DNA from: the human T2T-CHM13v2.0 reference genome, Homo sapiens
Strand: one strand, 5' to 3'
Assembly (NCBI RefSeq): GCF_009914755.1
Contig: NC_060939.1
Length of the DNA: 64,000 nt
This document shows, in pieces, positions 1 through 11,925 of the stretch (position 1 is the first letter of the stretch; every line of letters begins with the position of its first letter). The position numbers were made by a program, and so were the translations under genes. Under the pieces are notes generated by a model. The model made no database searches. It was given only the letters and a program-made list of their open reading frames with translations, and had not been told where the DNA came from.

Positions 1-418
1 ATGCTTTGCTGCTTAGAAATGTCTTCCATCAGATACCCTAAATCATCTCTCTCTAGTTCAGAGTTCCACAAGTCTCTAGGGCAGAGGCAAAATGCCACCA
101 GTCTCTTTGCTAAAATGTAACAAGAGTCACCTTTCCTCCAGTTTCCAACAAGTTCCTCATCTCATCTGAGACCACCTCAGCCTGGACCTTATTGTTCATA
201 TCACTATCAGCATTTCTGTCAAAATGTTTTGTCAAAACCCATGGAATGTCAAAGCCATTCAACAAATCTCTAGGAAGTTCCAAACTTTCCCACATTTTCC
301 TCTCTTCTTCTGAGCCCTGCAAACTGTTCCAACCTCTGCTTTTTACCCAGTTCCAAAGTCGCTTTCACATTTTCGGATATCTTTTCAGTAACGTCCCACT
401 CTACTGGTACCAATTTAC
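1..418 (-). mobile_element. THE1/MST (ERVL-MaLR) internal sequence, 5' part, continuing off the left edge
   Basis: Minus ORF 110..322 reads GSEEERKMWESLELPRDLLNGFD..NADSDMNNKVQAEVVSD, the THE1-int ORF relic; the minus strand starts GTAAATTGGTACCAGTAGAGTGGG directly after the LTR end. Confidence 0.9.
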
Positions 419-773
419 TGTATTAGTTACTTCTCATGCTGCTGATAAAAACTTACCTGAGACTGGGCAATTTACAAAAGAAAGCGGTTTAATTGGACTT
501 ACAGTTCTGTGTGGCTGGGGAAGCCTCAAAATCATGTCAGAAGGCAAGGAAGAGCAAGTCACATCTTACATGGATGGCAGCAGGCAAAGAGAGAGCTTGT
601 GCAGGGGAATTCCTCTTTTTCAAACCATCAGATCTCATGAGACTTACTCACAATCATGAGAACAGCAAGGGAAAGACTTGCCCCCATGATTCAATTACCT
701 CCCACCTGGTCCCTCCCACAGCAGGTGGGAATTCAAGATGAGACTTGGGTGGGGACACAGCCAAATCATATTG
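419..773 (-). mobile_element. THE1 LTR (THE1C-like), 5' LTR of a minus-strand provirus
   Basis: TGTATTAG...GAGACTGGGCAATTTACAAAAGAAAG...CATGGATGGCAGCAGGCAAAGAGAGAGCTTGTGCAGGG...GGGGACACAGCCAAATCATAT matches the antisense THE1 consensus; ~355 bp. Confidence 0.92.
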
Positions 774-888
774 GTACTATTTAGTGATTTCATGAGTTGT
801 TACAATAACTAGAAAATGTTTTCTAATTTAAAGTACATTTTGATGATGTAAAAATGAAAGGAAATGAAAGTTAAAAACATCTGGTCAA

Positions 889-1630
889 CACACCTATTAG
901 AAGGACCAAAATCTAAAACACTGATAACACCAAACGCTAGTGAGGATGTAGAGCAACAAAAACCTGCCTTTATTTCTGGTGGAAATGCAAAATTGTACAG
1001 CTCCTTTGGAAGACACTTTTACGGTTTCCTACAAAACTAAACATACTGTTACCATATGATTCAGCAATTGTAATCCTTCATATTTACTCAAATGAATGGA
1101 AAACTTATGTCAAAGAAAAAAACTTGCACAGAGATGTTTATAACAGCTTTATTCATAATTACCAGAACTTGAAAATGTCCTTCAAGAGGTGGATGGATAA
1201 ATAAATCTTGGCACATCTAAACAATGGAATACTATTCAGTGCTAAAAGAAATGAACTATCAAGGGATGGAAAGACATGGAGGAAGCTTAAGTGCATATTA
1301 CTAAGTGAAAAAAGTCAATGTGAAAGGGGTACAGACTGTACAATTCCAAGTTCACGACATTGTGGAAAAGGCGAAACTATGGAGACAGTAGAAGGATCAG
1401 TGGTTGCTAGAGGCTGGGAGGAGGGCTAGATGAATAAGCCTAGCACAGTGGATTTTTAGAGTGATAAAATTAGTCAGTATGATACTAAAGTGGTGGATGC
1501 ATGTCATTGTACATTTGTCAAAACCCATAGAATGTACCTAACCAAGAGTGAGCCCTAATTTCAACTGTGGACTTTGGGTAATAGTGATGTGTTAATGTAG
1601 GTTCATGAATTGAAACAAATATACCACCAG
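889..1630 (+). mobile_element. L1MC-type LINE-1 3' end, interrupted by MLT2A; resumes briefly at ~2294-2356
   Basis: CACACCTATTAGAA..GAGGATGTAGAGCAAC..CCATATGATTCAGCAATT..TGTGGACTTTGGGTAATAGTGATGTG are typical L1MC ORF2-end/3'UTR blocks. Confidence 0.85.
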
Positions 1631-2293
1631 TGTTAGGGTTCTCTAGAGGGACAGAACTAATAGGATAGATAGATAGACATAGATATATACATATATACAC
1701 ACACATACTAAATAACCTCCCATATATACACATATACATACATATATGTGTGTGTATATACACATACATATATAATAAACTCCCATATATGTATGTGTGT
1801 ATATATGTGTATAGAGTATCCTTATGTACGTATTTATGTATAGAGTATCCTTTTCTACTTTAAACTCCCATATACATATATATGTGTGTGTGTGTGTGTG
1901 TATGGGAGTTTATTAAGTAGTGTTAACTCACACGAGCATAAGATCCCACAATAGGCCATCTGAAAGTTGAGGAGCAAGGAAGCCAGTCTGAGTCCCAAAG
2001 CTGAAGAACTTTGAGTCTGATGTTCGAGGGCAGGAAGCACCCAGCACAGGAGAAAGATGTAGGCTGGGAGGCTAAACCAGTCTAGTCTTTTAACATTCTT
2101 CTGCCTCCTTTTTATTCAGGCTGAGCTGGCAGCTGATTAGATTGTACCCACACAGATGAAGAGTGGGTCTGCCTTTCTCAGCCCATTGACTCAAATGTTA
2201 ATCTCCTTTGGCAACACTCTTACAGACACACCTAGGATCAATAATTTGCATCTTTTAATCCAATCAAATTGACACTCAGTATTAACCATCACA
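1631..2293 (-). mobile_element. MLT2A (MLT2A2-like) ERVL solo LTR with an expanded internal TA/CA microsatellite
   Basis: Ends GACACTCAGTATTAACCATCACA (rc TGTGATGGTTAATACTGAGTGTC) and starts AGGGTTCTCTAGAGGGACAGAACTAATAGG, both MLT2A termini. Confidence 0.92.
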
Positions 2294-3661
2294 CCTGCAA
2301 AATGCAGGATGGAGGTAGCAGGGGAGGTTGTATGTATGGAAGGGCAAGTGGGAGGTGAAAAAGAGAAGAAAGATCTGGAAAAAAAACAAAAAGTAACTTT
2401 GCCTCTAATTAAAAAAAAAAACAACTTGAGGAATGATTTACATGCAATAAAATGTACATTCTTTAAATGTAGACTTACATAATTTTTAACAAGTGTTTCT
2501 ATCTGTGTATCCACCACTCCAGTCACGACACAGAATATATTCATCCCCACAGAAGTTCCCTGGGACCCATCCTAGTCAATTTCCTCCACCACTCAGAGAT
2601 AATCAGTAGATATTTGTCACCATAGCTTAATTTTACTTCTTGAGTTTCTAATGAACATATCATACTCTATATATTCCTTTGTTTAGTATCCTTCACTGAG
2701 CATAATGCATATGATTTTTATATGTTCCTATAATAGTAATTCATTATTTTTTATTGTGGATAGTATGTCATTTTATGAATAACTACAATTTATCAATTCT
2801 CTTTTTGATGGGCATTAATTAGGTCTCCCACCTCCCAAGTTTGGCTACTCTAAAAAAAGCTACTATGAACATCCATATATATATGATTTTGTTTTCTTAA
2901 GTTATCTAGGAAAATTTGTTCACGAAGTGTATATATGTTTAATTCACTTTGTTAAACAGTTTTCAAGGTTTCCAAATGTACCATTTTACACCCCTACCAG
3001 CAATGTATGAGAGCTCCAGTTGTTCCTCATCTTCACCAATTCTTGATGTTGTCAAGCTTTTTAATTTTAGCCATTCTGGTGAAGTGATATCTCATTATGA
3101 TTTTAATTTCCGTTTCCCTGATGGTTAATGAGTTTGAGATATTTTTACATAAATATTAGCTACATATATGCTTTCATCTGTGAAGTGTGAAGTGAATATA
3201 TTCTCGCTGTTTCTAGCTTGCCCTTTAATTTAGTTTTTTTTAAGATTTTTTTTGAAGCACACACATTTTTGGTTTTAATGAAGTCTAATTAATGAACTCC
3301 AATTTATATATACATTTTAGTTGTTAATAATGTTGTTTCTTATCTAAGAAATGCTTGCCTACATCAAGGTCACAAACATCCTTTCCTATTTTGTTTTCTA
3401 GACGTTTTAAAGTTGTAACATTTCTATTTAGGCCCGTTATCCATCCTAAATTATAATAATTTTTATGTTTCATGTGAGGTTTTGAACAAGATTTATTTAT
3501 TTTTCAGTGTATGTGCAATTGCTCTAGCACATTTTGTTGTATAGAGTATCCTTTTCTACTTTAAATGATCTTCGCAAGTTGGTAGTAAATTAGCTGATTG
3601 TATAAATGTGGATCTATATTCTCTGTTCTGGATTGTCTAATCTGTTCCATTGACCTACATG

Positions 3662-3692
<31 letters not shown>

Positions 3693-3961
3693 AGACAGGA
3701 TCTCACTCTGTTGCCCAGGCTGGAGTGCAATGTCATGATCAGGACTCACTGCAACCTCAACCATATTGGCTCAGATGATCCTCCCTCCTCAACCTGCCAA
3801 GTACAGGCACATGCCACCACTCCTGGCTAAGTTTTGTATTTTTTATAGAGATGAGGGTTTGTCATGTTGCCCAGGCTGGTCTCAAATTCTCGGGCTCAAT
3901 TGATCCACCAGCCTTGGCCTCCCAGAGTACTGGGATTACAGATGTGGGTCACAATGCTGGG
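3662..3961 (-). mobile_element. AluJ, inserted in the L1
   Basis: Poly-T, then GAGACAGGATCTCACTCTGTTGCCCAGGCTGG; J-type GGCTCAGATGATCCTCCC and TTGCCCAGGCTGGTCTCAAATTCTCGGGCTCA. Confidence 0.92.
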
Positions 3962-4433
3962 TTGTTTTAATTTTTGTTATATCAGTATACTAAGTCTTGA
4001 GATTAAGTTATAAAATTGGACAAAATTTTCTTCATTTTTAAAATATTTTGGCTTTGCATTTTAATAGAAATTTTAGAATTAGCTTGATAACAGTTATTTT
4101 TGAATTCTGTGGGACATTAATTCACATTGCATTGCATGTATACTTTAAGTTGGAAGAAATCTGTCATGTTAAAAATATTGCATCATCCTATCTGTTGACA
4201 TGAGATATGTCTCTATCTTTATTTAGTTATATCAGTAGATTTATCATTAAGTTTATTTACATCTTTTTTAATTCTCTGCAATATTTTATAGTTTTCACTT
4301 ATACAGATATTGTGCATCTTTTGTCAAATTTACTCCTAAATATTTTGGTTTCTTTTGAAACTATTATACGTAGCAGCATCTTAACATTTTACTTCCCAAT
4401 TATTTGTTACTGTTATATAGAAAAATAATTAAT

Positions 4434-4485
4434 TTTTATATACTGACCTTGTATATTATAATTTTATATACTGACCTTGTATATT
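4434..4485. repeat. Two-copy tandem duplication of TTTTATATACTGACCTTGTATATT (period 28)
   Basis: Direct repeat visible in the sequence. Confidence 0.9.
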
Positions 4486-5197
4486 CTTTCTCTAATTAAT
4501 TATACATATTGTTTGTTGGGGGAGAGGATAGTTTCCTTAGGATTCCTTATGGAAAACGCTTGTTTTTTGTGAATAATGATAGCTTTACTTTTTAAAAAAA
4601 TCTATATGCCATTTATTTTTTTGTTACAGGTGAATTTTTAGAAAAAATAAAATAAAAGTGATGAAATAAAAATTTTCTTATCTTGTTTCTGATCTTAGAT
4701 GGAAACACTAAACACTAAGTGAAATTTTTTTGTAGCTATCTTGATTATTTTGTAGTATCTTGATTGAGAATACTCCTATTTTTCTGAGAGTTTTTATCAT
4801 AAATGGGCAAAAATTTGGTTTTTGTCAAATAATGTTTTCTGTCTCTCTTATGATAATCATGTTGTTTTCACTTTTATTTCATTAATGTGGTGAATTTAAT
4901 TTATGAATGTTGAACCAACCTTGCATTCCTGGGACAAATCATGTGTGGACATAATATATTATCATTTTTATATATTGGTTTATTTTATTTCCTAATATTC
5001 TGGAGTTAGGGTTATGTTAAACTCACATATCAAATTAGTGTGTTTTTTTTCTTTCCTATTGTATGAAAGATATTATGTGATATTGGTATTTACTCTCTTT
5101 TAAATATTTCAAAGTGCTCACCATTAAAGTCATATGGGCCTGCTGAGAGGATTTTTGTTTAGTTGGTTGGTTGGTTGGTTTTCAGGATAGGAGGAAC

Positions 5198-5200
<3 letters not shown>

Positions 5201-5288
<88 letters not shown>
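5201..5288. repeat. Compound microsatellite (AT)24(AG)20
   Basis: Pure tracts at 5201-5248 and 5249-5288; (GTTG)n just upstream. Confidence 0.98.
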
Positions 5289-5293
<5 letters not shown>

Positions 5294-5325
5294 AATTTTA
5301 TATTTAACATTTTAATGTAGAGAGG

Positions 5326-5610
5326 TGTTATTATATTAACTGAATATTTGTATCTTCCCCAAAGTTTACACATTGAAGCCCTAATCCCTAGGGTGACTAT
5401 CTTTAGAGATGGCACCCCCTAAGTTAAATGAGGTCAGAAAGGTGGGCCCTGACCCCATAGGATTATAAGAAGAGAAACTAGAGAGCTCTTTAACCTCCCA
5501 TCTATCCCCCATATACACACACACATGCTGGAGAAAAGTCCATGTGAGGACACAGCAAGAAACTAGTCATCTAAGAACGAAGAAGAGAGCCCTCACCATA
5601 AACAAAATTG
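5326..5610 (+). mobile_element. MLT1A-like MaLR LTR, 3'-truncated
   Basis: TTGAAGCCCTAATCCC..AAGTTAAATGAGGTC..GGTGGGCCCTGA..CATGTGAGGACACAGCAAGAA..GAGAGCCCTCACCA. Confidence 0.8.
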
Positions 5611-5807
5611 GTACCTCAAAATATTAAAAATGGAATGACCATATAATCCAGCAATTCTACTTCTGGGTGTATATCTAATGGAAATAAAACTACTACTTCA
5701 AAGAGGTATCCACATTCCTATAGTCGCATTATTTACAATAGGTAAGATATGGAAACAACGTAAGTGCCCATGAACAGATGAATAGATAAGAATACATAAT
5801 AAGTATA

Positions 5808-6113
5808 CACAATTAGCTCATGGTATCCTCAGGTTCTGCATCTACAAATTCAATCAACAACAGATCAAAATAATAAAATAATATGGCAATAAAAATAATA
5901 CAAATAAAAATGCAGTAGGACTATTATTTGCATAGCATTTACATTGTATTAGGTATTATGAGTAATGTAAAGATGATATAGTATATATGAGAATGTGCAT
6001 AGGTTTATATCCAAATACCTACATCATTTTATGTAAAGGACTTGTGCATTTGTGGATTTTGGTATCTTCAGGGAGTTCTAGAACCAATCTTCTGCTGATA
6101 CCAAGGAATAACT
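5808..6113 (-). mobile_element. MER2 (TcMar-Tigger MITE)
   Basis: CATAGCATTTACATTGTATTAGGTATTAT..GGATTTTGGTATC..GAACCAATC..GATACCAAGG matches antisense MER2. Confidence 0.88.
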
Positions 6114-6158
6114 TGGTATCAGCAGACAAACACAAACACATGCCACATAAATAATATG

Positions 6159-6160
<2 letters not shown>

Positions 6161-6193
<33 letters not shown>
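6161..6193. repeat. (AC)16 microsatellite
   Basis: Pure tract. Confidence 0.97.
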
Positions 6194-6198
<5 letters not shown>

Positions 6199-6524
6199 AT
6201 ATTATTCAGCCTTAAAAAGGAAAAAAAATCTTCCATTATGACAACTCAGATGAATCTGGAGAACGTTATGCTAAGTGATATACGCCAGACACAGAAAACA
6301 AATACTGCATGACCTTTTTTATGTGAGGAATCTAAAAAAAGTTAAATTTATAATAACAGAGAGTAGAAAGGTGGTTGGAGCTGGGGAATAGGGAAAAGCG
6401 AGATGTTAGTAAAAGGGTACAAACATTAGTATAAAGATAAATAAGTTCTGGGAAACTAATGTACAGCATGTGACTATCCATAATAGATAATCATAACGTA
6501 TTGTGTAGTTAAAATTTGTTAAGA

Positions 6525-6874
<350 letters not shown>

Positions 6875-7500
6875 TCCATGGTATATTTTTTCCCATTAAA
6901 ATTTTTTTTCAATCTACATGTTGTTTTATATTGAAAGTGCGTCTCTCTTACAAAGGATATATCTCTGAGTCTTTAAAAAACATTCATTCTGAAAATCCTC
7001 AAATTTTTACATGGAATCTGTTTCACCCATTTACATTTAATTTACTTACCTATACATATGTAAGTATAATATTTTGCTACTGGTTTCTTCTTTGTTCTAT
7101 TTTTCTGTTGTGTTTTCTTTTTTCCTCTTGTTTTCTTTTGAGGTCGATAGAGTAATTTTCAATATTCCATTCTATCTCATCTACTGCCTTTTTAACTATA
7201 TCTCTTTGCATTATTACTTTGGTGGTTGCTCTAGAGATTACAGTGTAGTGTACATTTCAATTTATCACAGTCTTTCTTGACTTAGCTTAATACTATTCTG
7301 TATCCAATGAAATAACCTTATAATAGTATAATTTCATTTACATTTTCTCCCACCTTTTGTGCTATTTTATTACACCATTTACTTATGCATATTATAAGCC
7401 CCATAATACTTTATGATTTTTTTCTTTAACCAATCTTTTGAATAACTTTTGACTTTTAAAAGTTTAAGAAAACAAAGAAAGCAGTCTATGTTTACCATTT
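6875..7500 (-). mobile_element. Old LINE-1 remnant (start of ORF2 / inter-ORF region)
   Basis: CATGGTATATTTTTTCCCA, AAAGTGCGTCTCTCTTACA and CCATTTACATTTAAT are antisense to the start of the L1 endonuclease domain. Confidence 0.7.
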
Positions 7501-8054
7501 CCTTGAGGCCCAGAGGCCTATGAAACCACAGACAGTGAAGCTGTGTGATGGTGTGATCCCAGTGAGATATCAGGACACAGAGATTCTGACAACCCTGGGA
7601 CTGTGAGGCTGTGAAATCTTCCTCCCTCTACTCCCAGCCTCTGCGTAATCATCTAAATTCCCCTGTAAGTGGCTTCGCTGAGAAGATTCTCTTTGCCTTT
7701 GGGGCTCCCGCAGATCCACTGCCAAGGCATCCCATGAATTCATCAGAATGTCTGGCTTGTTTCTTCTAGTCTAAGCACAGACTGTTCTTTTCTGACAGCT
7801 TTGCTCATCAGCCCACCTGTCCCCAACTTTTCGCAACTGACCACTGGCTTTGAATGTGTCCTGTATTTTTTACTTACTTAGAAAAGGCTTGTCTTTCTGA
7901 AGTATAGTTCTTTTGAATTTCTTTGTGTCCACAGATTCTGATGGCATTAAAGAAAAGTAAGATTTTTGTGTTGTTGTTCAACTGGTGAGATATTTCATTG
8001 GAAATTAAAGTGTTCATTTCCTTCTATATCCCAAGAGAAAGGCTCTAGTATTCT

Positions 8055-8247
8055 CCTTCCTTCCTTCCTTCCTTCCTTCCTTCCCTCCTTCCTCCCTTCC
8101 TTCCTTCCTTCCATCCTTGCTTCTTTCCTTGGTCCTTCCTTCCTTTCTTTATTTTCCTTCTTTCCTTCCTTCCTTCCTTCTTTCCTTGGTCCTTCCTTTC
8201 CTTCCTTCCTTCCTTCCTTCCTTCCTTTCCTTCCTTTCTTCCTTCCT
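8055..8247. repeat. Imperfect (TTCC)n polypyrimidine microsatellite
   Basis: Visible tract; source of the PSFL/GRKE ORFs. Confidence 0.97.
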
Positions 8248-10329
8248 ATATATTTATTTCCCACACCCCATCTTTCCATAGTCCAAAGTCTACCAATCCT
8301 CTAAAGACAACTTTAAGATTCTTCCCTCTGTCAGATTGTTTCTCACAAATACACGCACATGCCCAGCTCAGATGACCTTCTTCCTCTTCTGACATGGTCT
8401 CATTCACTCCTGTGGCATTTCAAAGACTGTGTGGTTAGTTGTTCTTTTCTGTATGCAATACATGCATATTAAGAGCTTCTGTCTAACAAGAGTCCTTCCT
8501 TGAATGTAAGGACTATAACTTTTGCTTGTTGGTGTTGTTTTATTTTTAAAATTTCATCACAGCTCAAAAACCAGTAGAGTGGCCACCAGTGAGTTTATTG
8601 GAAGATAATAGTGAACATAATGATGACAACAATTTTCTTCTTTGAAATGGTAGAAAATAAGAGATAGGAAGTTGTCTTTTCCACATAATCAATCTTCTTT
8701 GGTACAATAAATGTAATGAAGCTCTCTCCAAATACACATACACTTACTGTGTATACAGTATGTTAACATAAACATCAGTATCTATAAACATAAAGTCAGG
8801 ATGTCAGACTCTGCCAAACATAAATATACTCAAATGTATTGATAACCTTATGTGCTATGACCATTTGTTTTATTCTGTGTTGGGCCCAAAGGTTTAGTAT
8901 AGGCTTTAAGAATTTACAGATTATGGTAAATAAGAGCATTCAGTTATCATGAAAGAACCGAATTAAATTCAAGTAACTTAATCATCATTGTAAGACACAC
9001 TAAGAAAATTTTCGGTGATGAGAAATTCAAGAAAATATTTAAAACAGAGTTCAATATGTCTTCCTCTGAAAGCAAATCTCTGCTTCTCAGATGTCCCTCC
9101 TTTTAGTATCTGTTAAATTGTCATGATTGTTCTTCCACTTCAGAACTACCATGAACATATTTTTTTGTGAGAATGGATGTTCATGAGTGATGACTACAAA
9201 CTAGAACAATAACTTATATTTCTAAAATGTACAATTATATAAGCATTATTTGAGAAATGTAAAGCATCATTTGTGTAGAAAGAGTACCTAAAGAAAAATT
9301 ATATAGAAATGCTGTGTAAAAATTATTTATCACAACACAGGGGGCAGCATGCAGAGAAAATGGCTTCAGTCAACCCACAGGCGAGGTTACGGCCTAGGAT
9401 GGGCACTGTGGCAAGGTTTCTGACAGAATTTATTATCCAGGCTTCTGCTGATTACTTTTCATGTCCTGAATACAAGTCTTTTTAAACCACCTTAAGGTGG
9501 AGTGGTCTCAGATCTCGGCTCTGACTCTGCAGATTCACCAGACTCTGTTTCTGCTCATCCCCTCCTGTAGTCCCGTTTCCCCAGCTCTGTTTGGTCCCCA
9601 TAGAGGCTGCCTTATGTCACCATTCCCTCACCTCTATCTCTCTCCCTTTGGATCTCCAGGTCAACAAGAGCCAAGAGAAAAATAATTCATAAGTAACTTA
9701 AAGAAGCCAACTGTCTTAATTAATTTGGCTTACAGTGTCTTCTTCTGAAGAAGGTTAAAGAACTTTAATTAGGGTTTTGCAAATCAATCTCCCAAAATTA
9801 ATTCACCTCACTTAAAATAAATAAAAGTCATATTTGTTGTGTTTGTCTTCCGATTATATTGTGCAATAATGCATAAGGACAATTATTCATAATTGTGTCT
9901 CCAGCACCTCACACAAGTCATGGCTAAATACTGGCTAAATTAACCAGGAGAAAAAGGAGAAGGCAAGAACTTTTTGATAAATCAATTATAAATTAACAAC
10001 TTGGACTTAAAATTGCTTTAGTCTGAATTCTAGAGCAAATAAATCATGTATTTTAATTCAAAACATTTCCTGATGGTTTTGGAAGCCTATCACTCAACTT
10101 TTCACAAACCTTTTCCGATCTTGGTTGAATCTCTCAGTGAGTTGTCTTGGCTCATATGGGAATTATCCTGTGCTCTTTAAATACAAATCTGCAGGAATTA
10201 TGTGGACTGAATACTAACTGGTATTCTGGGATGCCAAAATACATTTGTCTCTAGAAATTTTCTCCTTAGGGGCTGCCAGATGTTTTCTTCCTCTACAGGA
10301 ATTTATTTTCATCCATAGACCCTGTCAGA

Positions 10330-10580
10330 GGGGGTAACTTAGTCATCCATGTGTGTTCTCGGAAACACAAAGCCCAATTCAAACTGGTTAAATGATCACA
10401 GAAATGTCTAGAAGTGGGTAGGCTTCAAAGTTAGCCAGACTGAATTCTCCAATGATGTTATTAAGCACTTAGTTTTCCTCTTACCTTTCTGCTCAGATTT
10501 CTGTAGAATCAGCTCTATCCATGATTTCAAAATGGCAGTCAGCAACTCTGGAAGAAACATACTTTTTCTTTTACCCTGAG
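10330..10580 (-). mobile_element. Degenerate MLT1K/L-like MaLR LTR fragment
   Basis: CCCAATTCAAACTGGTTAA..GGTAGGCTTCA..CAATGATGT..CAAAATGGCAGTCAGCAACTC. Confidence 0.5.
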
Positions 10581-11159
10581 AAAAAGGCAGAGAGAATACT
10601 GCATTTGAATTGATTCAAAAGCAAGAGAGAGGTTAAGAAGTGAAAGAGTATGAGTAAATCTTTTGAGGAGTTTGCTGTAATGGGAAAAGAGAAACCCAGT
10701 GGTAATTGCAGGAAGATATGAGGCCAAGGAGAAATAAAAGAGGGAGTTAGATATTACAATTATGATGATAATGATAATAATTTTTCCAGTGGGTTGGGAA
10801 AGAAATAAAAACGTGTTTGAGCATGATTTCCTATCTATTCACTATTAGTGTCTCTTTTTCTGTGAACTACCTGTTCTTTGCCTATTTTAGTTAGTTGTCT
10901 TCATTCACTCTTGATACTAAATATTTTTTATACATATTATCATTTTTTTCCAAAATTGTCACTTGTTTTTAGTTGGTATTTTTCTGAAGAAAAAGTTGAA
11001 GGATGAAATCAAATGGTTATTCTCACAGAGGATTTAAACCTCGTCTAAACCCAATAAAATTTTTAAAAATATTCTAATGCTAAAATTTAGGATTGCAACA
11101 TGTAGTGCAAAATACCATTCTAATAATATCTTATGTCTTGGAACACTTAAAAATAGCTA

Positions 11160-11645
11160 CGATTTGTCAAGGTTATAACTAGTGCCAGGCATTGTGCTTA
11201 AAAGCTGTATGCATTATCTTATTTAATTCTTACAGTCCTGTGAATGAAACATTGTGACCTCAAGTTTACAGATGAAGACAATAAACTTCAGAGAGTTCAA
11301 GTATATCACTCAAGGTTAGTCATTAATAACTAGGAATAATGAATAATCATGAATAATCTTGAACTATCCTTCTTCCTATGCCTGTACTTGCCATTCAGTT
11401 CATTCCATTTGTTCTTGCCATGTAAGGATTTGTTCAGTTTCTTCTACTGATTACTGTGTTTCTTTTTCCCCTTCCTTTCTTCCTCCTTCATTTTTTTTTC
11501 TATAAATCTTGGTTTAAATAAAGTCAGTTTTTGTAGTTAGCATCTGAGAGAGGAAAAGTCAAAAGAAAAGTGTTGGCACATGACATTGTAAACTCAGTCC
11601 AGATTTGAACCCTGGTCTAATTCCAGACCACTACTCTAAACCCTT
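11160..11645 (-). mobile_element. MIR split by a ~250-bp inserted duplicate (MIR parts ~11160-11335 and ~11601-11645)
   Basis: GTGCCAGGCATTGTGCT..TTTACAGATGAAGAC..CAGAGAGTTCAAGT..CAAGGT [insert] GATTTGAACCCTGGTCT. Confidence 0.75.
11350..11602 (+). repeat. Local interspersed duplication, copy A (paralog of 12781-13138)
   Basis: TAATCTTG(A/G)ACTATCCTTCTTCCTATGCCTGT...GCATCTGAGAGAGGAAAA...TGACATTGTAAACTC occurs in both; ~10 mismatches in the first ~105 bp by eye. Confidence 0.95.
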
Positions 11646-11719
11646 GAAGTGTGACTTCCAAAATCAATGATCATTAGAGTTTAATCTGACCTTGGAAGTC
11701 TTCCACTGTTACTTCCTTA

Positions 11720-11925
11720 AGAAGCAGTATAGGATGGTTATTAAAAGTTTGGAGTTCAATCCTGTCTGTGTCATTTATTAGCGATTTTCTTGGCTTTATA
11801 GTTTATATCCATAAGATACAAAGAATATAATCAACCTCAAAGGATGACTGATTATTGGGATAGATGAGACGGTACAGATAGCAGTGCCTGGCATTTAGTA
11901 AGTACTCAGCAATTACCAGCTGTTA
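11720..11925 (+). mobile_element. MIR
   Basis: GAGTTCAATCCTGTCTGTGTCATTTATTAGC...CAGTGCCTGGCATTTAGTAAGTACTCA. Confidence 0.75.

Larger units (their letters stand above)
2420..5150 (-). mobile_element. Old LINE-1 (L1ME/L1MB-class) 3'UTR and ORF2 remnant
   Basis: Antisense L1 hallmarks: CCATTTTACACCCCTACCAGCAATGTATGAGAGCTCCAGTTG, TTTTAGCCATTCTG, TGTTGAACCAACCTTGCATTCCTGGGA. Confidence 0.85.
5614..6524 (+). mobile_element. L1MA/MB 3' end, split by MER2 and (CA)n, truncated at the Alu
   Basis: CCATATAATCCAGCAATTCTACTTCTGGGT, TATGCTAAGTGATATACGCCAGACACAGAAA, AAAGGGTACAAA..ATAAGTTCTGG..ATGTACAGCATG. Confidence 0.85.

Noticed and set aside
9330-9350. CTCF-like AGGGGGCAGC (also CCTGGAGGTGGCAC at ~42434)
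   Set aside because: The key 5' CCAC/CCAG core positions mismatch
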